Source: an uncultured Alphaproteobacteria bacterium (GTDB taxonomy: Bacteria; Pseudomonadota; Alphaproteobacteria; Acetobacterales; Acetobacteraceae). From it: a stretch of DNA of 64,000 bases. Each line of letters opens with the position of its first letter. Positions within the stretch are counted from its first letter, which is position 1. The notes beneath the pieces are model-generated. The model was not told the DNA's origin and did not search any database. It saw only the letters and a program-made list of their open reading frames with translations. Both the position numbers and the translations under genes were made by a program. Positions 38,118 through 50,300 of this stretch are shown here, one piece after another. The stretch spans positions 119,916 to 183,915 of the forward strand of contig CAWBPF010000005.1 of assembly GCA_963790515.1 (NCBI GenBank), read 5' to 3'.

Positions 38118-38518
38118 CGGGCATACCCTATGTCACCGCATTCTACGCAGCCCTGATCGGGCTGCTGGCGGTGCTGCTGTCGGCCAACGTCATCCGCGGC
38201 CGCACCCGGTTCGGCATCACCGCCGGCGATGGCGGCAATGCCGTACTGGCACAGGCAATCCGCGCCCACGCCAACCTCGCCGAGCACGCACCGCTGGCTC
38301 TGTTGCTCATCGGTTTCGCAGAGGCCTCGGGCATCCCAAGGATACTGGTCCACCTGCTTGGCGCCGCGCTGGTGCTCGCCCGACTGTTCAGCGCGTTCGG
38401 CCTCACCGCCTCGCTCGCTGACGGCCTGCCGCGGCGCATCGGCGCCGGTCTGACAATGGTGACGATGGTCGTATCGTCCGTACTCATTCTGTTACGGATC
38501 GCCAACGTCTCGATGTGA
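38114..38518 (+). CDS. MAPEG family membrane protein
   Basis: GDGG...IRAHANLAEHAP; three to four TM helices; ATGA coupling to the VOC gene. Confidence 0.88.
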   Translation: MTGIPYVTAFYAALIGLLAVLLSANVIRGRTRFGITAGDGGNAVLAQAIRAHANLAEHAPLALLLIGFAEASGIPRILVHLLGAALVLARLFSAFGLTASLADGLPRRIGAGLTMVTMVVSSVLILLRIANVSM

Positions 38519-38805
38519 CGCCGGCAGCCCGCAAAGTCGACAGCCACACGCGCCAGGCTGGCCAGACCGCCGCAAGCAACTCAACAGAGCCGACCCAAAT
38601 CGACCGAAACCGAGCGATCGCCTGGGCGCGACCCAACCCAGGCGCGACCGGCGCGCCGCTACAAGTCCAACCCAGTCATGAACCGCGCGCCGCTACAACT
38701 ACGATCCGGTTACCCGAGCCAATTTCACTCCGAATGGTTCAACAGCCGCCACCGTTAACCTTCCATCAACACATGGTCCCTAATATCGCCGTCGGAGGAT
38801 AAGCG

Positions 38806-39573
38806 ATGCAGACCATGCACGTCCCAGCCGGAGCAACGATCTTCCACGCAGGTGACCCCAGCCTCGCTGTCTTTGTCATTGAGGACGGCGAGGTTGCCAT
38901 CACCGTCCACGACGACGTCGAGGTCGCTCGCCTGCACCCTGGCGAGTTGTTCGGCGAATCCGGCGTGCTCGAACGCCGCCCCCGCGCCGCCACCGCGACC
39001 GCGGTTACCGACACCAATCTGCTGGTGACCTCCGCCGAGACCTTCATGCACGCCTTCGGCATGGACAACGACCGCGCGCTGGCATTGGTGAAGCTCGTAT
39101 GCCGCCGCTTGCGCAGCACCAGCCTGCGCGTCGCCCAGGGCAACCAACTGACCCACGGCGACGGCCACGGCGACACCCCGGGCGATACCACTCGCGTCGC
39201 CATCCACCTGTCGCCCGACCATCCCAAACTGGTCGACGAATACCACATGATCCCGGTCGACGTGACCCATCTGCCGTTTCAGGTCGGCAACCGCTACGGC
39301 GGGGAAACCCTCGCCATCGCCTCCAACCGCACCTGCTGCATCGCCGCCCGCGGGGACACAACCCTGGCCGCCCCGCATTTCGAGATCCTGCGCCGCGACG
39401 GCAAGGTCGGCGTCCGCGACCTCGGCACCAAGACCGGCACCATCGTCAACGGCGTCGCCATCAGCCGAGCCTCCATGACGGCCTTCGTCCAGCTACGCTC
39501 CGGCGACAACACGGTGATCGCCGGGCAGCCGGAAGCCCCGTTCCATTTCCGGATCCACTACGCGCCAGGGTAG
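38806..39573 (+). CDS. cNMP-binding domain + FHA domain protein
   Basis: IFHAGD...GELFGESGVLERRPRAATATA; C-terminal PHFEI...VRDLGTKTGTIVNG. Confidence 0.85.
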   Translation: MQTMHVPAGATIFHAGDPSLAVFVIEDGEVAITVHDDVEVARLHPGELFGESGVLERRPRAATATAVTDTNLLVTSAETFMHAFGMDNDRALALVKLVCRRLRSTSLRVAQGNQLTHGDGHGDTPGDTTRVAIHLSPDHPKLVDEYHMIPVDVTHLPFQVGNRYGGETLAIASNRTCCIAARGDTTLAAPHFEILRRDGKVGVRDLGTKTGTIVNGVAISRASMTAFVQLRSGDNTVIAGQPEAPFHFRIHYAPG

Positions 39574-39667
39574 CGCCACATCCAGGCTAACACCTCCCGA
39601 TTGGACTCCCTCCCGCGGCCGCCCCTAGACTTCGCGCAGCAGCCCCAAGAGCCGCGCGGAGGCATCC

Positions 39668-40960
39668 ATGGCGATCGATTTCGAAGCCGCAGTCATGCGC
39701 AAGGTCGCCTGGCGGCTCGTGCCCTTTCTCAGCGTCGGCTACCTGATCAACGCGCTCGACCGGTTCAACATATCGATCGCCGCGCTGACCATGAACAAGG
39801 CCCTCGGCCTCACCGCCACCGATTATGGCCTGGCCGCCGGTGCGTTCTTCTGGAGCTACGTCCTCTGCCAGGTCCCCGCCAACCTGATCCTGGGCAAACT
39901 CGGCGCCCGGACCTGGCTCACCGTCATCATGGCGGTCTGGGGCCTGGCCTCCGCCGGCACCGCCCTCGTCACCGGCGAAGTCACCTTCGTCGCCGCCCGC
40001 TTCCTGCTCGGTATGGCCGAGGCCGGCTACTTCCCCGGCGTCGCCTTCTTCATGACCTGCTGGTTCCCCGCCCTGTACCGAGGCCGGATGATGGGCATCT
40101 TCTTCGCCTTCAGCGCCGTCTCCAGCGTGATCGGCGCCCCCTTGTCGGCAAACCTGCTGCGGCTCGACGGCTGGTTCGGCGTGGCCGGCTGGCAGTGGAT
40201 CTTCCTGGTGGAAGGCGCCCCGGCGGTGCTGCTGGCCATGTTCGGCTACGCCCTGCTGCGCAACCGCCCGGCCGAGGCCCCCTGGCTCAACCCCGATGAA
40301 CGCCAGTGGCTGCAGAACCGCCTGGACCAGGAGACCGTGGCAAAACCAACCCACGGCAAGGGCGTGCTGCGGGCGATCCTGAACCCGCGGATCATCGTGC
40401 TCACCATCGCCTTCACCTTCACCCTGTACGGCGTCTATTCAACGATCTTCTTCCTGCCGCTGATCATCAAAAGCCTGGGCCTGTCTAATCTCGCGGTCGG
40501 ATACGTCAGCGCGCTGCCCAACCTGTTCGGCGCCGTCGGCATGATCCTCGTCTCGCGCAGTTCCGACCGCACCGGCGAACGCCTGTGGCACGTCGTCTGT
40601 CCGGTCACGATCGCCGGCCTCGGCCTGCTGGCCGCCGCGTTTTCTTTGGGCAACGTCTACATCGCCATGGTGGCATTCTGCATCGCCGGCTTTGGCCTGT
40701 CCTCGACCCTGCCGGTATTCTGGAACCTGCCCACGGCCTATTTCGGTTCAGCGACCGCCGCCGCCGGCCTCGCCGCCATCAACACCATGGGCAACCTGTC
40801 CGGCTACGTCGCACCCCAGGTCATGGGGATCGTGCACGACGCCACCGGAGGATACCTCATACCGGTGTTGATGGCTGGCGCAATCACCCTGGCAGCGCCC
40901 GTGCTGATCCTCGCCTCCGGCATCCGCCGCCACGTCCAGCGCCCGGCGGCAAGGTCGTAA
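39668..40960 (+). CDS. MFS transporter, paralog of 32506..33819
   Basis: Colinear and highly similar (GYLINALDRFN, MTCWFPA.YRGRMMGIF, SDRTGER, PVFWNLPTAY). Confidence 0.93.
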   Translation: MAIDFEAAVMRKVAWRLVPFLSVGYLINALDRFNISIAALTMNKALGLTATDYGLAAGAFFWSYVLCQVPANLILGKLGARTWLTVIMAVWGLASAGTALVTGEVTFVAARFLLGMAEAGYFPGVAFFMTCWFPALYRGRMMGIFFAFSAVSSVIGAPLSANLLRLDGWFGVAGWQWIFLVEGAPAVLLAMFGYALLRNRPAEAPWLNPDERQWLQNRLDQETVAKPTHGKGVLRAILNPRIIVLTIAFTFTLYGVYSTIFFLPLIIKSLGLSNLAVGYVSALPNLFGAVGMILVSRSSDRTGERLWHVVCPVTIAGLGLLAAAFSLGNVYIAMVAFCIAGFGLSSTLPVFWNLPTAYFGSATAAAGLAAINTMGNLSGYVAPQVMGIVHDATGGYLIPVLMAGAITLAAPVLILASGIRRHVQRPAARS

Positions 40961-41099
40961 CGACGGCACCCACGGCCCTCGATGCCCCCGCTCCCGACAG
41001 GCGGTCCTGCTCACCGCCATATCGGTCGAACTATGGACATTGCGGCTGGTGGAGGCCAACAGCACGCCCAACAGCACGCAGCAAATACAGGGTTCGTTA

Positions 41100-41530
41100 C
41101 AGCAAAGCGAAGCCACCGAAATCGGCCATCGCGCCAGCGAGGTGCGAGAGATCAGCACCGGACTGAACCAGGCGCCCGAGGATTTGCGCCGTTCGGTGAT
41201 CCGCGCGGTACGCACGTCCGCAACCGAGGTCGACCGGCGCCTGTCGCAGCGTCACGCCGTTGACATGCCGTTCCACCTGACCGCGAACGGCCAAGGCGAG
41301 CAAACCGGCCGCACGATCGATCTGACCGAAAGCGGCGCATGCGTGTCCGGCGTCGGACCCATGCCGGTGGGATCGCGTGACACACTGAGACTACCGGGTC
41401 TCAAAACCCAACTGCGCTTCACCGTCAGCGCCATCGACGATCGGGGGGCACATCTGGCCTTCGATCCGACCGACGCCAGCACCGGCCAGATCAGGCCTTT
41501 GCTCAAAACCCTTGCCGCCCGACGTGACCG
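41100..41530 (+). pseudogene. Relic of an MCP-PilZ fusion C-terminus
   Basis: ...DLRRSVIRAVRTSATEVDRRLSQRHAVD...GRTIDLTESGACV: RxxxR and DxS/TxxG PilZ motifs after an MCP helix end; no N-terminus and no proper stop. Confidence 0.6.
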
Positions 41531-41561
41531 ACCCCCCAGGGCAACCCATCCCTCCCAACCC

Positions 41562-43363
41562 CTACTGCAACCGATCCCGCAAGCGCCGGCGGCCCAACGT
41601 CCGCACCTCCGCATCCGGCGCCATCGCCTTGATCGCCGCCTGCATCTCCGCCCGCTTCTCGTGGATGGACGCAATCACCGGCCCCATCGCCACGCCCACG
41701 TCCACCAGCACCGCCTCGGACAGCTGCAAGCTCGCCTCGATCGTCTCCGGCACGGCATCGGACGCGCCGATCCGATACAGGTGCGCCGCATGCGCTGCAT
41801 CGCGGGCCCGCGCGACAATCAGCAGGTCCGCACGTTCCGCCCGAGCCCCGGCCACCAGCGCGTCAACCGCCTCGGAATCGTCCATGCGTCACCACCAGGG
41901 CACGCGCGGTGTCCAGGTGAACCCGCCGCAACAACTCGATCCGCGTCATGTCGCCGAAATAGACCGGCTTGCCCAGCCGCCGCTGGCCGGCAACCCGGTG
42001 CGGCATCGCTGTCAATCGCGACAAAAGCGACGTTGTGGGTGTCCAGCATTGCCGCCACCGTCTGCCCAACCCGGCCAAACCCCGCGACGATCACCCGCGG
42101 CAGCCCATCGGAAATCTCCGGCACCCGCAGCTCCGCATCGACCGCCGCCTGTGGCGTCAGATACGGTGCCAGCCAGGTCCCCAGCTTCGACAGCAGCGGA
42201 ATCGTCGCCATCGTCACCGCCGTGATGAACCGCACCGCGCTGGCGGTGGCCGGCGTCAGCAGGCGCTCGCCCGCAGCCAGCGAAACGATCACGAAGCCGA
42301 ACTCCCCACCCGGTCCCAGTAGCAGCCCGGTCCGCAAACCGGCCGCCCAGTTCAAACCGAAACTGCGCATGGCCGGCGCCACGACCAGAAGTTTCATCAG
42401 CACAACGCACACAGCCCCGCCGGCGATCAGCCCCGGCTGGGCAGCCAGGATACGAATATCCAGGCTCATGCCGATCGAGATCAGGAACACTCCGACGAAC
42501 AGGCCCTTGAACGGTTCGATCGTCACCTCGATCTGGCGGCGATATTCCGTGCCCGCCAGCAGCAGCCCGCCGATCAGCGCCCCCAGAGGCATCGACAGGC
42601 CCGCGGCGGCGGACGCAAGGCCGGTGGAAATCACCACCAGCAGGCACGCCGCCATGAACAGCTCCGCGCTGCGGGTGTGGGCGACGCTGCGAAACAACGG
42701 CCGCAGCACGAGCCGGCCAAGCGCCACGATCGCCGCCACCGCCAGCACCGCCTGGCCAACGGCGAGACCAACGTCGGCGGCGCTGCCCGCATGGTTGCCC
42801 GGGTCCAGCGCAGCCACCGCGAACAGCACCGGCACCACGGCAAGATCCTGGAACAGCAGAATGGCGAAGGCCGCCCGGCCGGTCGGCGTGTTAAGCCGCT
42901 TCTCCTCCGCCAGAACCTGGATCACCACCGCCGTCGAGGACATCGCCAGCGCCAGTCCGATCACCAGGCCGGCGTGCCACTCAAACCCGAACCAGATCGC
43001 GCCCGCGGCCAGCACGGTGGAGCACAGCACGACCTGCGCGCAGCCCAGCCCGAACACCAGCCGCCGCATCACCCATAATCGCTCGAACGACAGTTCCAGC
43101 CCGATCATGAACAGCAGCAGCGCCACCCCAAGCTCCGCGATCGGTTCGATCGCATCCGGCTCGGTCAACGTCACCGCACGCAGCCACGGCTGCTGCGGCG
43201 CCAGCGAGACCACGCCGAACGGGCCAACAACGATGCCGACCAGCATGAAACCAAGCACCGGACTGACCCGCAGCCGATGAAACAGCGGGATCACGACACC
43301 CGCGGCACCCAGGACAACCAGCGCTTCCTTGTAGACCGACGTGTCGAGCGTATGGGCTTCCAT
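41562..43363 (-). CDS. CPA2 cation:proton antiporter, KefB/KefC-like (frameshifts near 41880-42010)
   Basis: AELGVALLLFMIGLELS, SSTA, ILLFQDLAVVP, GGEFGFV, VAGFGRVGQ TrkA-N; C-terminal ARARD...PETIEASLQL in another frame. Confidence 0.9.
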
Positions 43364-43684
43364 GCCGGCAGTCTAAAGCAGCCCCCGCCCCACTGGAACC
43401 GTCCGGCTGGCAAAGCAGGGCACCAAAACAACAAGCTAACTGCACCCGGGCCAGACGTTCGTCGCCGTCCATCGGCGAACATCCGACCAGCCGGCAGGCC
43501 ATAGGCGAATCGCCTCGCGTCACCACCCCGGCGGCACGCACGTTGTCGACCATCAGGTTCGGCCGCCCGGATCGCCCGCACCCCGCCCCGTAGGATCGAA
43601 TGCACCGGCCGCCACCGGATGGATCGCCTTGCGCCGCCGCGACAGGCGAATAATCTGCCCGTTCAACCGACGGATAGGCGGCCC

Positions 43685-44089
43685 ATGCAGACCGGCTCGA
43701 CAATGGCGCTACCCGCCGCCCACGACGTCATCGCCCCGGACGGATCACAGGTCCGGATTCTCCTGTCCCTCACCGGCGGCAGCATGGCGCATTTCCTGCT
43801 CCCCGCCGGCCAGGTTTCCCGCGCCGTGCGGCACCGGACCGTGGAGGAAATCTGGTATGTCGTCTCAGGATCCGGCGAGATGTGGCGATCGGCCGGCACC
43901 ACGCAGCACATCCACCGCATGACCCCCGGCACGTGCCTGACGATCCCGGTCGGCGTCGCATTTCAGTTCCGCGCGTCGGACCACGAACCATTGGCGGCCG
44001 TCGCCGTCACCATGCCGCCATGGCCCGGGGAAAACGAGGCGGAAATGGTCGAAGGAACATGGCAACCAACGGCATCGGACGACCGCTGA
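43685..44089 (+). CDS. Cupin-domain protein
   Basis: APDGSQVRIL, AVRHRTVEEIWYVVSGSGEMWR, IPVGVAFQFR, TMPPWPG. Confidence 0.85.
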   Translation: MQTGSTMALPAAHDVIAPDGSQVRILLSLTGGSMAHFLLPAGQVSRAVRHRTVEEIWYVVSGSGEMWRSAGTTQHIHRMTPGTCLTIPVGVAFQFRASDHEPLAAVAVTMPPWPGENEAEMVEGTWQPTASDDR

Positions 44090-44370
44090 TCCGTCCCCAA
44101 ACACCCCAACCCCATGCGCCAAATAAACACCGGTGCATCGGCGATACAGGGGTCAGCACGCCGATAAAGCCAACCGTTCAAACCAAAGATCCGGGCTTGT
44201 TCAACCGTGAACTGTCGCTGAACAAGCCTCAATACCGGCGTCTTTTGACCCATGAAGGTGCCAACAGACGCCGGTATCTTATCGACTTTACGCGCGGCCG
44301 CCCCGCCAGGCCCGCCCCCGCCAAGCCCGCGCCTGCCGGTCAGCCCTTCGGGCCGCCGGTATAAGGCCGC

Positions 44371-47300
44371 TCAGGCCGATGCGCCTGCATACAGGATATG
44401 ACCGTTCAGTGCAGAAACGTTTTGCAGGTTGCTGAACGTGATCGTTGTCTTATCCGACAACGTCAGCGTCACACCCGCGCTGCTGACCGTGGCCGCGGCC
44501 TGCAGGCTGATTGCCGACTTCGTGGGATCGTAGCCGATCACATACAGCGAATCACCCTGGCCAAAGTCCGTGATGGTGTCCTTGCCACCCTGCGTCGCGG
44601 TGGCAAGGAACGCGAACACGTCCGCCCCCGCGCCACCTGTCATCGTGGCGCTGCCCGCCCCAGCCAGCAACGTATCAGCGCCAGAGCCACCGACAAGGAC
44701 AGCTTTGCTGTCCGCGCTGCTGCCGCCGGAGAAGAAATTGGCTGTCGAGGACTGTGCGGCATTCAAGGTCTCGTTGCCGCCGCCCGCCACGAACAGACCA
44801 CCCGCCAGGCTGCCGACATAGGTGACGGTACTGCCCGAACCCCCGATCAGGGTCGACGCTCCGCTCCCGCCGGTGATCGTGGATTGGTTGTCGGCCTCGG
44901 CCGCGAACACCAGCCCGCCGGAACCACCCGTCGCCTGCTCCGTCCCACCGGTATTGCCGACGACGGTTGCATTGCCCTCGCCACCGGCGAAGTTCAACGT
45001 CCCGGTGCCGCCGAAGACCACGACGTCGCTGGACGCACTGATCGTCTGGGCGCCGGTTCCGCCAATCACTGTCGACGCGCCACCGGACACCGTGATGCTG
45101 CTCGTTCCCGACCCGCCAAAGATTTCAGCATGGTCGCCGGACGCATTGATGCTAGCATTGGATGCGTAGGTCGCGATGGTGGCGTTGCCGCCGATGGCCA
45201 TGACGTTCAGCGAGCCGGCATTCGTCGCCGTCCCCCCGAAAATCACCGCGCTGTCACCGGTGACCGCGACCGAGACCTGTGCCTGCCCACCCGACAGGGT
45301 CGCCCCGTTGCCGCCAAGCGAAGCCGAGATCGTGCCCGACCCGCCGAGAATGCCTGCATTGGCGCCGGTCACGGTGATCGTCGTGGAAGCACCGCTGGCG
45401 ACGATCAGCGCGTTCGACCCGGACGCATTCACCGACGACATGCCGTTGGCGATGATCACATTGCCCGCACCACTCGACACCAGCATGTTGCTGCCGGATC
45501 CGCCCAGCAGCGTGTCGTTGCCGGCACCCGATATCAGCGTGTCGTTGCCGCTGTTGCCGACAAGCAAGGCATTGCCGCCGGTCGGGTCGGTCAGTGTCAC
45601 GTCCGCCGTGCCGCCGACGAATTCCGCCTGGTAGCCCGCCGGCAACGTGTAAGTAAGACCCGAGGTCGGATCAGTAACGACCGCCTGATTGGTCTTGCCG
45701 AGTGTCGGCGCCAGGAAATTGGTGCCATCCGGACTCGGCGATACCACGTCATCGCCGCTCGGCGTCGAACCCAGACCCAGCACCTGTTGCGCCGAGGTGA
45801 CCTTGACCGAGCTGTCAGTTGTCGTCCCGCCCGGACCGGTGACCGTGACGACAAAGCCCGTGGTGCGGATATAACCGCTGCTCGGCGGCGCGGGGGTGAA
45901 CACCAGGCCCTGCAGCGCGGTGGTAACGACCCCGGGCGCGCCGGATACGGTGTAGATGCCGGTGACCGGATCGTAGCTGCCGCCGCCCAGGTTGGACAGA
46001 ACGCCCCCGGTTGGATCCGACAAGGTCACGCTGACGGTGTCGGTATGCCCTAGCGCGGGATCGGAGATGCTCAGGCCGGTGAAGGGCGTGTTGCCGGTCT
46101 GGTTCGGAACGCCCACATGGGCCCCGCCGTTGACGATCACCGGCGGATCGTTCACCGCCGTCGCGATCACGCTCGTCGTGTTGTCGCTGTTGCTGGCCCC
46201 GGCGGTGTCGGTGACATCGATCGTCAAGCCGGTGGTGACCGTGTCGCCCGGTAGGACCGCATGCGCCGTCGGCGTGAAGATCAGTCCGTTCAGCGCGCTC
46301 GTCACGTCCGCGTCTGAACCGGTCACGGTGTAGATGCCCGCACCGGCGTCATAGCTGCCGTCCGCAAGGTTCGACAGTGAACCATCGGTCGCTGTGGACA
46401 GCGTGACCGTAACCGTCTCGGTCTGGCCAAAATCCGCATCGGCGATGCTGACACCGGCAAACGGAGTATTGGCGGCCTCGTCGGTGGTCGCCTGGCCGCT
46501 CACTGTGCCACTGATCACCGGCATGTCATTCACCGCCGTCGCATCGACGCTGGTCGTGCCGTCGCTATTGCTGGCCCCGGCGGTGTCGGTGACATCGATC
46601 GTAAAGCCGGTCGTGACCGTGTCACCGGGCACGACCTGATGCGCCGTCGGCGTGAAGATCAGTCCGTTCAGCGCAGCCGTCACGTCGGCGTCTGACCCGG
46701 TCACGGTGTAGATGCCTGCACCGGCGTCGTAGCTGCCGTCCGCAAGGTTCGACAGCGACCCATTGCCCGCCGAGGACAGCGTGACCGTAACCGTCTCGGT
46801 CTGGCCAAAATCGGGATCAGCGATGCTGACACCGGCGAACGGCGTCGCGTCGGTTGCGTCATCCGTCGCCTGACTGGGCATGGTGCCGCTGATCACCGGC
46901 AGATCGTTCACCGCCGTCGCGATCACGCTGGTCGCGATGTCGGTGCTGGTGGCCCCGGCGGTGTCGATGACATCGATCGTAAAGCCGGTGGTGACCGTGT
47001 CACCGGGCACGACCTGATGCGCCGTCGGGGTGAAGATCAGTCCGTTCAGCGCACTGCTCACAGCGGCATCCGAACCTGTCACGGTATAGATGCCCGTGCC
47101 GGCATCGTAACTGCCGCCACCAAGGTACGACAGGATACCGTCCGCCGCCGAGGACAGCGTGACCGTCACCGTCTCCGTCTGACCGAAATCCGCATCGGCG
47201 ATGCTGACACCGGCAAACGGGGTCGCGTCGGTTTCGTCGTTCGTCGCTTGGCCACCCACGGTCCCGCTGATCACCGGCGGATCGTTCACCGCCGTTGCAA

Positions 47301-50300
47301 CCACGCTGGTCGTGCTGTTGCTTGTGCTGGCCCCGGCCGTATCGGTGACACCGATCGTAAAGTGGGTGGTGACCATGGCACCGGGCACGACTTGATGCGC
47401 CGTTGGCGTGAAGATCAGTCCTTCCAGCGCACTGGTCACGTCGGCGTCGGAACCCGTCACGGTATAGATGCCCGTGCCGGCGTCATAACTCCCGTCCGCA
47501 AGGTACGACAGCGAACCATTGGCCGCCGAGGACAGCGTAACCGTAACCGTCTCGGTCTGGCCAAGATCCGCATCGGCGATGCTGACACCGGCAAACGGCG
47601 TCGTGTCGGTTGCGTCATCCGTCGTCTGGCCGGCCACGGTGCCGCTGATCACCGGCGGATCGTTCACCGCCGTCGCGACCACGCTGGTCGTGCTGTTGCT
47701 GGCGCTGGCCCCGGCGGTGTCGGTGACACCGATCGTAAAGCCGGTGGTGACCGTGGCGCCCGGAACAACCTGATGCGCCGCCGGGGTGAAGATCAACCCA
47801 TGCAGCGCACCGGTTACCGCGGCATCCGAACCGGTCACGCTATAGATGCCTGACCCGGCGTCGTAACTGCCGCCACCGAGATTCGACAGGATACCGTTCG
47901 TCGCCGAGGAAAGCGTGACCGTAACCGTCTCGGTCTGGCCGAAATCCGGATCAGCGATGCCGACACCGGCGAACGGCGTCACATTGGCCTCGTCAGTCGT
48001 CGCTTGACCGCCCGCGGTGCCGCTGATCACCGGCGGATCGTTCACCGCCGTCGCGATCACGCTGGTCGTACCGTCGCTGCTGCTGGCCCCGGCCGTATCC
48101 GAGACATGAACGGCGAAGCCGGTCGTGACCGTACCGCCTGGCGCCACCTGGTGCGCCGTCGGCGTGAACACCAGCCCATCCAGCGCAGTGGTCACCACGG
48201 CCGCCGAACCGGTCACGGTATAAACGCCCGTGAGCGCGTTATAGCTGCCCCCGCCAAGGTGCGACAGCGACCCATTGCCCGCCGAGGACAGCGTGACGGT
48301 AACCGTCTCGGTCTGGCCGAAATCCGGCTCGGTGATCGTAACGCCACCAAACGGGAGGTTCGCGGTTTCGTCGTCCGTCGCTTGGCCGCCCGCCGTGCCG
48401 CTGATCACCGGTGGATTGTTCACCGCCGTCGCGACCACGCTGGTCGTGCTGTCACTGGTGCTGGCCATGTATGTATCGGTGACCTGCACCGTAAACCCGG
48501 TCGTGACCGTAACGCCCGGTGCAACCTGATGCGCCGTCGGCGTGAACACCAGCCCATCCAAAGCAGTACTCACCGCAGCCGCCGAACCCGACACGGTATA
48601 GACTCCCGTCCCGGCGTTGTAGCTCCCGCCCCCAAGGTTCCCCAACGAACCGTTAGCCGCGGCGGACAGCGTGACCGTAACCGTCTCGGTCTGACCTGCA
48701 TTCGGGTCGGTGATCGTCACCCCTGCGAACGGCTGATTTGTCGCCTCGTCGGTGGTGGCCTGACCAGCCACCAGGCCGGTAACAACCGGCGGCGGCACTG
48801 ACACCGCCACCGTCGTGGTCTGGGCAGTGGAAGAAGCGACGCCATCGCTGGCCGACCAGGAAATCGTGCGCGATGTATTGCCGCCGCTGTTGGTCGGGTC
48901 GGCGTTGCTGCTGCTGAACAGGACGCTGCGCAAAACCGTTTGATAGTCCGCCAGCGTGTCACTGCCGCTCAGTGTCAGCACCTCGGTGCCGGCATTGTAG
49001 CTGGCGGTAATGCTGGTTCCACCCACCGTTGCGGTCAGCAAATCGCCATCACCGCCAAACTTGCCGCCGCTGACCGAAACCGTCGCACTGGTCAGCAGGC
49101 CGCCACTGTCCGCGTCGGCATCGGTAGCCAGCGGACCCAGCGCCACCGCACTGCCGCCGGCCGTATACGCCACCGTCCCCGACACCGTGACCGTCGGCGG
49201 CGCATGCGTGACCGTCAGCGTGCTGCTGTCGGCAGAACTGCTCGCAACCCCATCATTGACCACCCAGGAGACCGTACGGCTGGTATCGCCGCCGCCCGCG
49301 GTGGGATCGCCATTGGCGGGGCTGAACCCGTAGGTGACCGAGGCCAAGGCGGATTGATAGTGGGCCACGGTCGCACTACCGGACAGCGTCAACACCCCCG
49401 TGCCCGCGTTGTAACTGCCGGAGATGCCGTTCTGCGCGGTGAAGTTCAGCAAGTCGCCGGCGGTGAAGCCCGCGCCGATCGAAACCGTTGCACCGCCAAG
49501 GTTGCCGCCGCTGTCGGCATCGCTGACCGTCAGCGCACCATCCAGCGCCACAGCCGATCCACCGCCCACGAATGTAGCGGAGGCGCCAGCCACCACCACC
49601 GGCGCCGTGTGCGTCACATTCAGCGTGCTGGTGGCCGCGATGCTGTCGTTGGCGCCATCGTTGACGACCCAGGATATCGTACGGCTGGTATGGCTGCCGC
49701 CACCGGTCGGATCGCCATTGCTCGGACTGAAGCTGTAGGTGATCGAATTGAGTGCGATCTGATAATTCGCCAGCGTGGCAGAGCCCGACAACGTCAGGAC
49801 GCCCAGGCTCTCGCTGCCCGAGATGCCGTTCTGGCTTGTAAAATTCAACGTGTCGCCGGTGACATAACCGCCGATGGTGACGGTCGCGCTGGCCAGTGTG
49901 GTGCTTGACACGTCACTGACCGTCAGCCCGGCATCGAGCGTCGCCGCCGAGCCGCCACCCGCGAAGCTGACCGTAGCCCCGGCGGTGACCGCCGGCGGCG
50001 CAGCATTGACCAGCCCCCAGGAAGTTGTCGCAAACGGCACGACCACCAGGGGTTGCCCACCCACAGCGCCGGGAACGCTCGATGACCCAAGCGTCGTGCC
50101 GTTGATCGTACCCAGGGTCGTGCCGCTGTTGTTGGTATAGTACAGCGTGCTGCCCATGACCTGGAAGTCGCTGCCGCTGAAGTTCGGGCTGACATCGGTG
50201 GCCGAAGTGCCGGTGCTGGTATAAAGATTTGCCACCAGGTTCCCGCCGGACAGATCATAGGCAACGAAATAGAGCTCGTTGTTGTATACTACCGGCGTAA

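Noticed and set aside
41040-43280. 746-aa plus-strand ORF
   Set aside because: Beyond about 41530 it is the antisense shadow of the Kef antiporter; only the PilZ relic part looks real.
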